A stretch of DNA of 61,507 nucleotides, filler included, from Hausera hauseri (lineage: Eukaryota), in assembly GCA_046269625.1 (NCBI GenBank). It is 12 parts of 12 records of this genome, joined end to end, with 100 filler letters (N's around TTAATTAATTAA, not from the genome) between each part and the next. Parts side by side here need not be neighbours in the genome. Positions count along the whole stretch, not along the records: positions 33,654 to 37,967 come from JBJURY010640219.1; positions 38,068 to 43,375 come from JBJURY010284170.1; positions 43,476 to 48,439 come from JBJURY010376702.1; 9 more parts are not named here. One strand, 5' to 3'. The notes under the pieces are model-generated. The model was not told where the DNA came from, did no database searches, and saw only the letters and a program-made list of their open reading frames with translations. This document shows, one piece after another, positions 33,920-46,960 of the stretch (position 1 is the stretch's first letter; each line of letters opens with the position of its first letter). The translations under genes and the position numbers were made by a program.

Positions 33920-36900
33920 CCCAATCTGTATTTATCACACAAAATTCCACTCCCTAGCCAGATCGTGCGTTCTGGGATGCAAACATTACAAAAACAACTC
34001 CAGTTTTTCTTCACCTTCTTCTCCTCCTCCTCCTGCCTACCAGTCATCTTCTTTTCCTCCATAATTTTCAAAAAACTAAAAAGGCCGCCAGATGTTGCGG
34101 CACATTCTGGCATAAACAACCCTGCTCAGTCTTCTGGCCGTTTTAACACCGCCTCCGCAGTTTTTCTGTTAAAAGGTACACTGTTTTCTAACAATGCTCC
34201 ACATATCGATTTTCTCATCGACTCAGGAGCTGCCTTTACACTCCTCCCTTTGTCCTGCGTCCCTACATCAACGGCAGTTTCTTCTCCTCAGCTATTCACT
34301 GCCAGCGGTCAACCGTTGCGAATCGCAGATACCACGTAACTGGTTTTAACATTTTCAAACTTACCAGGCAAATTTGTCTGGAAATTCCACGTGGCCAACA
34401 TTAAATCGCCAATAATCGGCTCAAAATTTTTGGCTGCGCACGACCTGCTAGATGACTGCAAGTACGGTTGTTTGCTACGTAGATACTCCGTCGTAAAAGT
34501 TAACAACTGTCTAACACGCAGCGCAACAGACCAATCGACTGCAAATTGCTCATCTTTTGATAACGACACATCTAGTAGTTTATCTATTTCCTTAATTACA
34601 CCTCAAACACCAAAGTCGATTTTAAAACAGTCGGTTAAACCGAATGTTGACGATGGCAACGTCGTTCGTTCTTCGCCAATCACAGTCACCGCTTCCTCTG
34701 ATAATACGCCTCAATCATTTTTATCACTAGATTCCAATCTCAAATCCTACATCAATTCTTCTTGTCCTCGCGTACTAAAAAAAACCCTAGCTTTAAGCCC
34801 CTGTCAACAACTTATCACCGCATTGTCACTCAACACTAAAGGCCTATCAGACAAAAGGTGAGACCATTATCGCCCCGTAGACAAAAAGCCGTGGAATTAG
34901 AATTTAACAATTTGAAAAATCTGGTATCATTCGGAGGTCCAAATCACCATGGGCTTTACCATTACATGTAGTGGCAAAAAAGGACGGTACTTTTCGACCA
35001 TGTGGCGATTACCATCTAGTAACCAATCTAACACTCATGGATGCTTACCCATTACCGCTCATAAAAGACATCCTGCGCAGTCTTAACAACACCATTACCT
35101 ATTCCACAAAAGATTTGCACAAAGCCTACCATCAAATCCCCGTTGCACTCGATGACATTCCAAAAACTGCTGCCATCACTTTATTTGACCTTTACGAATA
35201 CATGTTTATGCCATTCGGTTTACGTAACGCAGCCCAAAAATTTCCAACGCCACATCGACACCGTTTTCTTAGGCCTTGATTTTGCTCATCCTTACATTAA
35301 TGACATATTAGTTGCCTCCATGTCCGTAAAACAACACCATAAACACCTCCGAATTATTTTTCACAAACTGCATCATAGTAACTTACAAGTCAATTTCTCC
35401 AAGTGCTATATTTTTTAGAAACGTGTCAATTTCATAGGCCACATTATCACTCCTCACGGTCACTCTCCACAACCTGATTGACTACAGCAATTAAAAAACG
35501 TAACACTACCAACGACCATTACAGATATGAGAAGTTTTCTTGGCACACTACATTTTGTCCATAAATACATACCGCATTGCTCTGAGCTTACGGCACTTTT
35601 CGCACACCTCTCATCTGGAAAAAAAAGACAATTAATCCAATGGACTCCCGATTTAGTCACCAAATTCGATTACCTACGCGAAGGCCTAAAAACCGTCGAA
35701 ATACTGGCCTATCCAAAACCCGACGCAGAGCTAATACTTACCACTGATGCCTCTTCCACAGCTACTGGTGGAATACTACACCAAATTTCCAACGGCATCG
35801 ACGAACCTTTGGAATTTTATTTTTGAAAACTCACACAACCAGAAAGCCGATATTCTACCTTTGATCGTGAGCTACTAGACATAGTTCTGGCAGTAAAACA
35901 TTTCAAGCATCTCTTCCTCTCTCGCCCATTTATCATCCAAACGGATCACAAGCCTCTGTTACACACTAAAACAGCCATCACCAAGGCAGGAACGACAGAT
36001 ATCGTACCTATCTACATTTAGTTTTGTCATAAAGTATATTTCAGGCACGGAGAATTTGGTCGCGGATTTCCTATCACAGTCGATCGGCTCAATTACGGTT
36101 GAACCAATATTTTCTACCGAAATTCTAAAGCTCAATCAGCCATCTGCCGATATTCTTAGCTTTCTTAAATCCTTCGAAATCATTGATGGCACTGCATACG
36201 ACACATCTAACCCCGGTAATAAAAAAATCATTCTCGCTCCTTCTTTGTAGAAACCAGCTTTTCTTCACAAGCATTCATTTCATCACCCAGGCTTGAAAGC
36301 CACGTTTCGCTTGCTCCAACGTCATGTAGTTTGGCCATCAATGCGCACAGATGTACCGGGTTGGGTTAAGGAATGCGCCGCCTGTCAAAAATACAAAGCC
36401 AACAAATAGCTTAAACCTCTGCTTTACCATTTCCCATGTACATTACGTTTTCATACCGTCCATTTTGATCTCGTCGGACCTTTACCTTCCGATAACGGGT
36501 ATCAAGGTATTCTCACTATGATGAATCGTGCTTCTCGTTGACCTAAAGCCGTTTCCCTCCTCTCAACAAACACCGATTCAGTAGCAGACGCCTTCATCAA
36601 AATCTGGATCAGTCGTTTTGGATCCCCACGGCATATCATAACGGACAAAGGTCCGCAGTTTGAATCGAAATTTTTTAAATCGCTTGCTAAACGCTTGGGG
36701 ATATTACATTTCCATACAACACCGTACCACCCACAAGCAAATGGCCTCCTTGAAAGATTCAATCGAACTATGAAAATTTCTTTAAAAATCCTAGCAGACA
36801 ATAATCGCAATTGGACGTCCATCCTGCCATTTGTTCTACTGGGTTGGCGCAACACCCCTTCCACCAACATTGGTTGTGCTCCAGCCGAAGCACTTTTTGG

Positions 36901-37760
36901 GACTCCAATACGAGCTCTGTTCGAACTTTTCGACCTTCACGACAATCCGACAAACGAAAGCATTCGCGCAGCACAGTCGCACTTTGTTGAGGTCAACTCA
37001 GACTCATTCTTCCGCTTATTTAACAATAACAATTCGTACATTCCGAAGGATTTATACTAAGCCAAGTTTTTATGGCAGATGGATCAATCACCTTCAGGCT
37101 TTCGACCTCAGTATTCTGGTCCATATAAACTACTTCTCCTCTCATCTAATACAGCTACCATCTTACGCCAAGAAAAACCTTACAATGTCCACATTTCAAA
37201 CCTTAAGCCCGCTTTCTTCGTTGATGACAATCCGGATGCCGATTCTACCTCCAACTCCAACTCAACTCTCGCTCCTTCCATTCCTTCCTCAAACTTTCTC
37301 CACGTTTTCGCTCCGTTACAATAACAACTCTTCTCTCACACTAAATCATCTTCAACTTCCGCACCGCTTACTGAATCTACATCGCTTACTCCTTTTTCTC
37401 CGCCCACCTCTTTTCCCTCTCTTTCACCATCCCCACCACCTTCAGTTTCTTCGCCTCTCTTATTTGATTTATTCTCTTCACCATCTTCAACATTTTCACC
37501 TCAAGCAACACAGCACAATGAATCAGAAAACCTTACAAAACGTCCACCAAAAAATATCGTCCAACAACCAAGCAAAAACCAACCAAATAGGACACGCAGA
37601 GTGACATTCAGTACCTATAGGAGGGAAAAATCCGTAGACGGAACACAACGCCTCATACACACCAAAACCCAACAGGCACTAAACAATTTTAGCGTTTCGC
37701 CTCCTTCTGTTTCACCCTACAGTTTCTTTTCTGCCACGGGGGGGTGTGATGTAGTGCCAC
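33920..37760 (+). mobile_element. CsRn1-like Gypsy, gag end through PPT, degenerate (copy D)
   Basis: CHCC knuckle CIYHTKFHSLARSCVLGC; FLIDSGAAFT; RPCGDY; DAYPLP; PYINDILVAS; TTDASS; HFHTTPYHPQANGLLERF; YSGPY; LKPAFFVDD; PPT 37738-37744. Confidence 0.92.
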
Positions 37761-38639
37761 GGTCTAAGACATGGCCCTCCATTTCTGGCAATAGAGTCAC
37801 CGTTTGGTCTATATTTTGTTTAGGAGACGAACAGGGCACATTAGTGTCAAATAAAATCAATATTCGTATTTGGCTACTTCCCAGACTATTAATTATTCTG
37901 CCTTTTAAAATTTTACCGCCTATTACGTAATCGGCACTGAAATGCCTAGAGTTTAATTTGAAATTAANNNNNNNNNNNNNNNNNNNNNNNNNNNNNNNNN
38001 NNNNNNNNNNNTTAATTAATTAANNNNNNNNNNNNNNNNNNNNNNNNNNNNNNNNNNNNNNNNNNNNCGATTGTTTACAGAACAACATTTGCAAGGGGAC
38101 CCAGTTTCGAAAAGTGTTCCCTCAAAACAGTTCAACACGATTGGTTGAAATGGGTCAACTGAAAGGGAGTGGCTATCGGGTGTCGCACTGCTGTTTACTT
38201 GACTGAATGTTCAGTGCATCTTCCCGAGTCTTCCGATTTAAAGAAAATAAAAGGAAATAATATCGAAAGGTAGGCCCACTCTAGACATTTAAAACAAAAC
38301 AAAAAAATGAAAATTTGGAGGTGTTCTTTCAAATCAGAGGTTTTCAGCCACATTTTCCACACACCGATACTCTTTTCTAAATTCTAGGATGATCGCATTA
38401 ACGTAAAAATAAAATAACACATATGTGTATGAACAAGGCACTCGATAGATCGAAAGAAGTAGCTAAGAAGGAGAAGAAAAAAGTGTTTTAAATAGCAATG
38501 CAAAGGGGCCTAATTGCAAAATAAAAAGGTGAAGGGTAAAACAATGTCAATAGTGTACAAGCTGATTGCCACGTGGTGGTCGGGTTTGGTAATGTGTGAC
38601 GTGTGAATGGTGGCGGAAGATGCAGGGGAGTAGTACCGT

Positions 38640-39030
38640 TCTCGTATACTTATTTGTTGCGCATGGTCCACACTAAGTGTCATATTGTGCGACGATTATA
38701 AGTATTTATGTTTGAACTGGAGAGCATGTTGTGAAGAAATTGTTAGTCATGATGCCTCGTCCATGTGGATTTGGGGGCGTGAGTTTGGAGAAGATTTTGT
38801 GCATATGTTGTAGGGTTGAGACGACAACGACACAGGAAGAGTAAAGGTGCTCTTCGGTTTCGTACAGTTTTTTTGTGACAGATTTTGCAATATGCCGTGT
38901 TTCGTGAACCAAATTGTGGTATGCATCTCACTGGAGTCATTTTGTAAATCAAACAAACAGTTATTTCTTTTATTTTAGCTATAACCTGTGTGTTATGTGG
39001 ATTCGTGAAAATTTCACTGTGGTCTGTGAT
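38640..39030 (-). mobile_element. L1/Tx1-like non-LTR ORF2 C-terminal zinc-knuckle remnant
   Basis: YKMTPVR...YCKICHKK/LYETEEHLYSSC (CxxC...ETxxHLxxxC) across a frameshift. Confidence 0.55.
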
Positions 39031-40339
39031 GAAGTATTGTTATGTCAGATCTTTCAGCCATTAATTTTTTTTCCAAAGATGTTTACTATAATTTTACAAC
39101 ATCCACCTCCTTGTCGTCTTTTATTAATTAATAAATATTTAGCCATCAATTTATTTACATTTTTCCCTTGCCAAAGGAGGCCTACACAGCCAAACACCAG
39201 AACCGCAGGGCTCCACTTTTCAGCCATCGTTAGAAATTTTAGAGCTACCTGTGGGCAAGCACGAGGATAAGGACCTCGCCATGTAGACGCCGCATGGGCG
39301 CAGGCCACTAGTACTAGCCAAATGAGGGAGAATGTTTGTGACAGGGTTGTCATTTTGGCCATTTCATGGCTAAATATCACGATTCTGGTCATTTTTAATA
39401 GGCTTTGGCCATGACTTTTTGGGTTTGGCCATTTTTACCCATTTGCCATTTTCTGGCCTTTTCGGGACGACTGACCACGAATGTTTTGGAATTTACCATA
39501 TTTATATTCTGGCCAAATTTTTTTTTAATATTTAATTTCTTGCAACATTTATTCTAATGAACGCCGAGTGACTCCCCTTGCCAGTAAAAGCTACAGGTCA
39601 GGTGAACTACTGAACTAGGTATCATGTTACCTTACCAGAGCCGCTTGATATGCTCAGCGTCCAACTTAATGGTTTACAAGACAATAGCTGAACACTCCTC
39701 CTGTCTCACATTTTGTAAGATGTCCATTTAAAAGACCAACTGCTATTTTCACTGGATGCCAAAGTAGACGAAATTTATTAATGTTTCTGCTTCACTGTAA
39801 AGCTTTACACCTGAACTGGGTCTCACCTGGTCTGGGGCAAAATAATAGACCAGGTCATAAAATGGCCGTCTGTGTAACATTTTATTACCAGATCGCAATT
39901 CACAATGAGTCTTAACTAAAGTCATGGTGGAGGGGGAGGGGGGTATTTATAAACACAATGTGTGTAAAAATATTTCAAATGTGTGTTTAAGAGAAGTTGT
40001 CATACGTCTCACTTACTTGCTCGTTGAATATATTTATGTGAACGTAAGCTCATGCTTTAGTGCTCAGCCGATGCGACCTGCAGGAGGTTTCTGTCTTGAA
40101 TCAGATACGTACTATCAGTAATACAATCTGTAATTGAAAACACCAACCTCCTACTTCTGCTCCTGCAAGGATCCAACAGACAAACAATAATAACTGGCCT
40201 GTATGAAAAATCACCTAATGAGCACAGCAGCAGCTCCAGACTCCTAATCTAATTTATTTTAATAACATACCTATTTGAAATTTCAAACCTAAAACCAGAA
40301 GATGTTGCATATTCGACAGTGCTTGTTATTCGAGTTTCG

Positions 40340-40940
40340 GAGAGACAATGATGCAACAGAAAACTACAAAAACATTAGTGATGTTTATCCAACCTCACTG
40401 ACTGGTTTGCAGAGTTCAGGTCGGGTAATTTTAATCTTTGTGATTCGCCTCGTTCAAGAAGGCCGTGTATATTGATAATGATGTTTTATGGACAAAAGTC
40501 AAACAAAATTCATATCAAACTAAGTGAACAGTAAAATATTTAAAGCAAATTTGTAAAGTACACAGCGAAGGTGTTTCGGTTGTACATATTCTGTCAGAAG
40601 AAAATAAAGTCAATCGTTCATATACATGTAATTTGTTGTTGCAACGACATAATGCAGAAGAATTTCTTGATGGTGTGGTTGACCGAGGATGGGAAATTGG
40701 TCCTTTATGACAATCCAAAATTTAAAAGACAACGATTCTTTCCTACTCAAACCCCATTTTATACCCCAAAGAATGGCTTACACTCTAGAAAGGTACCGTT
40801 CTCTGACTGGTGGAATGCACAGGGTATAATGCACTTCGAAATATTAAAATAAAGTCAAGCTGTAACTGCAGAGCTTTATTGTCAATAATTATATCGAGTA
40901 AGCCGAGTTTTGATTAAAAAGCGTCCATCTCTTGTTTAGA
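40340..40940 (+). mobile_element. Mariner (Mos1-like) transposase remnant
   Basis: WFAEFRSGNFNLCDSPRSRRP; VLYDNPKFKRQ; TPKNGLHSRKV; WWNAQGIMHFEILK; VTAELYCQ; KKRPSL. Confidence 0.85.
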
Positions 40941-41079
40941 GAAAAGGCTGCCAGAAAGATTCAGGATAAAATAAAAGGTGCTATTTCATACACTTGAAGT
41001 GTCCAATATTCATGAATAAAGGTAGTAGGGGAAAAACGGGAAGTCTGCCGCACCCGCCCGGGGGTGTGCGAATCGATAA

Positions 41080-41470
41080 ATCAGTTTCCACATGTGTCAA
41101 TCGATAGTATACATGGCGCACTATTGATCGGTAGTGTGCTAGGCGACGGTGCAGTTAGGTATAGTTGCTATGCACATTTTTGCACATTTCACAAATCAAT
41201 AGCTGCACAGTGCAGTATTGATCGAATCGATCGGGACAAAGTGCTAATTGATAGTGCACATTAGTGCACATCGACTGGTCCACAGTACAGGTACACAGCA
41301 CATGTGCAAGTGTGCAAAAATCAATAATATCGGTTTTCCGATATTTCCAATATTGATGATTAGCATATGGCACCGGGTGCAATCGATTGGAAATATTATG
41401 CACTATGGAAAAGTGCAATTAGAATTTAAATCGATCGAGTCGATTCCTAATAATATCGATCCAAAGTGCA
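41080..41470. repeat. Degenerate low-complexity repeat rich in ATCGAT / GTGCA(C) words
   Basis: Many dispersed ATCGAT, GTGCA and TGCAC words in ~400 bp. Confidence 0.5.
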
Positions 41471-41537
41471 ACTGAGACAGACTTCCCAAAGGTTTTTTAG
41501 GTCCCATGGATTCAAAATTCGACAAATGTTTAAGCGG

Positions 41538-41809
41538 GAACAGATAGGAAGTGCCACATTGTAATCCGGGTCTTCCATCTCAGATTTCCGAAATTCTGTG
41601 AGCAACTCGAATAAATATCGATTTTCAGCGAACAGTATCAATTATTTTGACACCAATAAATTTTTTGAGAAATCTGAGAGCGACAGTCGATTCCACATAT
41701 CTTAATGCATCTATATAGCAGACAAAAATTTGGGTGTGCAAAGTATTTACAAGTGTCTCGAAATGAACAGATAGGAAGTGCCACATTGTAATCCAGTTCT
41801 TCCATCTCA
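41538..41809. repeat. Direct repeat pair (~45 bp; 41538-41582 and 41764-41809)
   Basis: GAACAGATAGGAAGTGCCACATTGTAATCC.G.TCTTCCATCTCA twice. Confidence 0.85.
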
Positions 41810-41814
41810 AATTG

Positions 41815-43375
41815 ATGGGAATTCCAGATTTAGATGCTCAACAAGTAATCGAATGGACCCTAATAGCCGTTAACCGTGACTCCAGAAAAAGCTCAATAGA
41901 CCCAAAAAGAAACAGTTACATGGATGTTTATATAAGAATTCAAAAGGATTGCTTTTTCAAGAAATATCATGGGTCACAGATTGCGATATAGATAACAATA
42001 CCGAATTTCTTTGTCCCGTTTGCGAAGCCAACTTATGGCAAGGCTATTCAATTTTAGCAAATAAGAATTGTCGACATCGTCATTGCCGAGACTGTTTAGA
42101 ACAGTGGACGTTAATCAATGGAAAAACCACCCTGTCCAGTATGCCGAGCCGAGGCCGCACAATTGAAATATTTCTCTAGAGGAGAAAATAACCATATTGT
42201 GGAAATAAGGCCTAACCCCAGTTACCAACTCGAAATAAATCCCAGAATTAGCCTACCAAGCTCTTCGTTAGATAGTTCGCAAAGTGATTTACGCGGACGG
42301 ATAAACGCCAGACCGTGGCGTCACTTCTGACGCAATAGGCACATTCGAGAATGCTGCTGAGGGAGGAGAAATGTTGTAAATAAGCAAAACATTCAAATTG
42401 GCTATCTTGTATATAGATATTGTAGCGAAATTATATCAATTGAGTAGTCATTATTCCATTAGATTTATAATTAATCTGGTTATTTAATATCTGGGCTAAC
42501 AGCTAAATTATTGATATTGCAAATCTAATTGAAATATAATCAGACTAACAGCTGGAAATTGTTGAGTAATATTAGAAATCGAGAAATAATTGTATTATAT
42601 GAGTAGAAAACGCCTACGTTATGTGATAAGCAAGTATAAATACTGAATGGAAAAATGGATAAGGTCAGAAGGAGAGATCGACTTTAGCGTTGATTCGAGA
42701 AAACAACGATTCAAACTTGAAAAGGATTACATACAAGTAACCAGTTCAGATTGATTAGAAAAGTGACTATCGTGACTAAATCGTTGCTGTCGATCGTTGC
42801 TGTAATTACGTTTGGTAAAATTTATTCTATTGATTATCTTTTTCTTTTAAAATTCGTATTGTTTTCCATCGGCTCTTAAAGCTGATTAGAGATACATTAA
42901 GGGTAAAATCATACGGTAACTTATATAAGTACTAGAGTTTATTAAACCGAAACACAGGACACGACATTATACAACCGCACGCACGTAACATCGACATATT
43001 GTCACATTCGTTTAAGGAGAACTTTAAACCGAATCTGCTTATAGTAAACAAAATTGAAGTGTAAAATACGTTATATATAGAGGGAAGGGCCACCCTAATA
43101 ATATATAACATTTTGCGACACTAGCAGGACAGTATGTGCCTAGCTAGATACTATTTAGAGTCAAGTAACGACATACCGGCGATCAGCGCCATCTACACCA
43201 AGTAATTGTGAGAAATTTAAAATTTGGGATATACGTTATTAGACTTAAATTTAAAGGGATAATTTAGCATGAATACTGACAACCAAGTAAACGGTAAAGA
43301 TAAATCACCTATACGTCAAACACGTAGAGTTATATATAGAGAAATAAATAAACGAGCAAACGCCGAAACTAGAGC
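41815..43375 (+). mobile_element. RING-encoding LTR retrotransposon (copy 2): RING ORF, PPT, LTR, PBS-like site, possible gag start
   Basis: IPDLD...WTLI matches copy 1; PPT GAGGGAGGAGAAA ending 42371; LTR 42372-43110 TGT...ACA; TTGCGACACTAGCAGGAC 43113-43130; open ATG frame from 43269. Confidence 0.82.
41949..42330 (+). pseudogene. C3HC4 RING-finger domain, one frameshift
   Basis: CPVCEANLWQGYSILANKNCRHRHCRDCLEQWTLINGKTT / CPVCRAEAAQLKYFS; collinear with 17099-17458. Confidence 0.88.
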
Positions 43376-44899
43376 NNNNNNNNNNNNNNNNNNNNNNNNN
43401 NNNNNNNNNNNNNNNNNNNTTAATTAATTAANNNNNNNNNNNNNNNNNNNNNNNNNNNNNNNNNNNNNNNNNNNNATAACCAGCCCTTGTATACAGCTCC
43501 AGGGCAGATGACGGGGCTAAGACCTCTATCCATGCCCGGTGTTATGACTCGTGGACAACGGAAGCGAAATCCACCGAACAACTGGCACAAGATCAGGATG
43601 GTGCCCCAGCAGAATGGTGGATCACTTCCAGGATGTCAAGTATTGCACTACTGCTTGGAGGACCATGGTCTACCATCTAGATAAATAACTAGGCTATCAG
43701 GAAAGCTTTGTATACTTTCCATCAGTCCATTTCATGGTTAGAATGACCCTTTCCATAGCTCATCCATAAAATCTCACTGTTCAGTGACAAGGAGTTAATC
43801 ACAACAACACTAGTCTCTAATTCACCACCTACCTTCTCAACCATGTTATTGACTATCAAGGGATTTTTCAGAATGTGCTGGCCAATCTCTGTCCTAAATG
43901 ATATACCTGCTGAATGACAAAAAACAAAAGGTATGATTGAAATTAACAAATCTGTGTTTTAGTTATTTGCAAATTTTACATTAAATCTAGGGCATATTTG
44001 TCATGGCATTTGTCCTGGTCACAGAGTTTAACCCTAAAATATGCATTAAAAACTTTGGATACAAAGTCTGGTATATGTTTCCTTTGTTTCAGAGTTGTAA
44101 ACAGCCACAAATGTAACAAAATATGTCTGGGCCATTTTTACACTTTCTATGAATGGCAGCCATTTTGCACAGGAATCTATAACGAAGAAAAATACATTAA
44201 GCTGGTATTTTTTAAACAACACAGAACAATTCATAACATTTCTATTACGTGAAACAAAGCTGACGTGGTGGTAAAATATGGGTATGATTTGTAGATTCAG
44301 CACCCTCGAATCAAGAAAGATGAGCTTTTACCTTAATAACAGCAAAACTTATGTAGACCAGTGTTCTTTGCGGGTGTCAATAAGACATGCAAAAGAACCA
44401 AGCTGGACCCAGCCATCAGAATCCTGACAAAACGCATAATGAAAAACAGGAGGCCGTTAACAGCATTTAATATAAAGAGCTCACTATATCTGAATTTAAG
44501 TCCCGTCTCGGGGAGAAAAGGCTGACGGTTCTAAATGAGTCACTCAAGACATTCCTACCTTCACGGAGTCCACTCGTGGGCTCTTGGTGCTCCCTATTAG
44601 GAACACACTGGGCTTTGCCGAATCTTCCTGGACACGAAAAGTGGGAGATGTCTGTTGACCGCTCCTACTGATTGTCTCTATCCTACTGAATGACAAGATT
44701 CAGACGATGGTTCAGTTGGAAAAGCTAAGACTGCCGAAGACAGGGTCTGTACGATACATGGGTGACGGCAGTACTCGATCCCACGTCTCGGACGCACTCA
44801 AACTGCTGTGCAACGCATGGGTCGGATCCCATAAACTAAACTCCGTCACTTGAATAATACCTCGAGAAGAGGCACTTCAGGGGGTGGACCTATCCGAAC

Positions 44900-45530
44900 A
44901 AACAAGCCCAGTCTCAACAAGATGAAACTCAAAAAACACCAGGGCCAGATCATATCCCCAACGAAATGCTACTCAAACATGATGAAAAAGAATTGCTGAC
45001 AATCCTAAAACAGGTAATCAGCAAAACAGATAATCAAAAATAATTCTAGAGAGGATTGGAAGTGGGTACATACTATAAACGGAAGGAAGCTTTTCAGACA
45101 CTTTACAGCCCCCAGCAATGAAGATGCTATCAACAGGATTGAACGAAAGTACCAAATATAGATCTCCAGGTTGAGAACTGGCCACTGTACACTAAATCCT
45201 CACAGAAACAGATTGGACCCGCAGACTACAGCAAAATGCAGACACTGTACATACTAAAATAAGACAGTGAAACACCACCTGCTGTCTTGCCCCGAACTCC
45301 AGGAGCTGAGACTGACTATACTACCTGACAACACAAACATAGACAGTGTTCTATATGGCAGTCCACAGCAGTTTATTAAAACTGCACAGTACCACATATT
45401 GGCATCAAAGTCAACAAGAGCTGACGCTCAATGAATGTGGATCAAAGGTAGGACAAGAACAAAATGAGAGAGTGGGGCACCACCTACTGTCTTTCTCAAG
45501 ACTCCAGGAGCTAAGACGGATTCTTCTTCT
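44900..45530 (+). mobile_element. Non-LTR (I-group-like) remnants
   Basis: KTPGPDHIPNEMLLKH (RT start); LRTGHCTLN and TVKHHLLSCPELQELR (C-terminal knuckle), partly duplicated. Confidence 0.6.
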
Positions 45531-45559
45531 TCTTCGTACGCCTTCAGATGTCAATTTGA

Positions 45560-46330
45560 ATCTTTTGAAAGAAGCTGTCATTTTATTAGAGCTGCAATCA
45601 CATTGATCAGTGGTTCCTATCTTCAATCTATCGAATATGTGGTACTTAAGTCTGTTATGTTCTGTGCGAAGATGGAATATAGTCATCTGTTTTTGTTTTT
45701 TTCAGTTCAGCTGGTGGTAGGCGTTATTTTTGTCGTAGCCTGAATGATCTGTCTCCCACGTTTCTCTGTATTTGCTCCTAATTATTCTATTTGCCTTTTC
45801 ATATGTGCGCATTTGTGTCATCCTGAGGTAGTTTGCTGCCTTCTTTTTCCAGTTTGGCTGCCTCATTATTTCCTGAGATGTTGCGCCATCCTTTTGAATT
45901 GTTGGCATAGCTTGGTGATTTTTTCTCTTAAGTCACTCAGCTGTCTGTTTTGTTGACTCTGCGGTGCAGTTATTATCGAGAGTGCATTTGTGGAGAAGAC
46001 TATTTGGCTTTCAGTGTTTGCCTCTGTGATCAGTGTTTCTGCTGCAGTTTTTTATGGCAATTTCCTCTGCTCTAAATTTGCTTGATATTTCTACAGTTGC
46101 CACAGACATTTTTTTGTGTTACATGTTGTAATGCCAGCAGGATTCCTTCACCTCCATCTTTTATTGCATCTGTCGCTGATCCATCTGTGTAAGCATGTAT
46201 CCAGTAACTGTTTTGGTAATGTTCCTCTATATATTTTACAGTATATTTTATTCGTTGGTTTTCAGTCTGACTGCCTTTCTTATCAATTCCAGGGATGTTT
46301 TCCTCAGCTCTGTTTATATACATGTATTCA
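45560..46330 (-). mobile_element. RNase-H-containing non-LTR retrotransposon 3' remnant (I/Ingi-like)
   Basis: WIHAYTDGSATDAIKDGG (RNase H); QMTIFHLRTEHNRLKYHIFDRLKIGTTDQC (C-terminal domain). Confidence 0.75.
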
Positions 46331-46732
46331 TAAGATGATAGAAATGTGAGTGTCTATGATAAAGGGCGGAAAATGATTTCTTCAGACTGTTAAAATTTGA
46401 AGATCACATAATCAACGGTTGTTTGGGACTTAATGACGTAAAGAAAATGACTGTGTTCCAGTCAAAGAGAAGATGGGAAATGCGTGAGATGGACACAGCA
46501 TTTTGAAGAAATACATAACATAGGTCTAGCACACACAATAATAAACATACTAGAAGCGGAGAATTATTAAATATAAACACAGACGCTCCTCAAAAATAAA
46601 TGGTCATTTAATCCATCAAACGACTGCAGAAACTTAAATGCAGAACTTTTCAAAGCAAACCCAAACCTAGCAATAGAATTATTAGTACCTTTGTTTACAC
46701 AGGTATGGGAAACAAACAAAAGCTAAACTGAA

Positions 46733-46960
46733 TTAGTTAGTCTTTCCTTTTGGGCAAAGTTTGGCACATAGGGCAGAGATCGCGGTCTTCCAATTCTGTC
46801 GGTCAGCTGCTGTGTGATGTAGTTCTTGCATAGGGCACATGATTTTACATTCATGCATGAAAGTTATTCTTAGTGTTTCCTTTGGTCTTCCTTGTTTTCT
46901 TTTCCCCGTGGGTGTCCAACAAACTGTTTGGATTGGTAACTGCAGCAGTGCTTTGTTCAA
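46733..46960 (-). mobile_element. RTE-clade LINE 3' end
   Basis: WTPTGKRKQGRPKETL...AADRQNWKTAISALC, the canonical RTE C-terminus. Confidence 0.8.
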
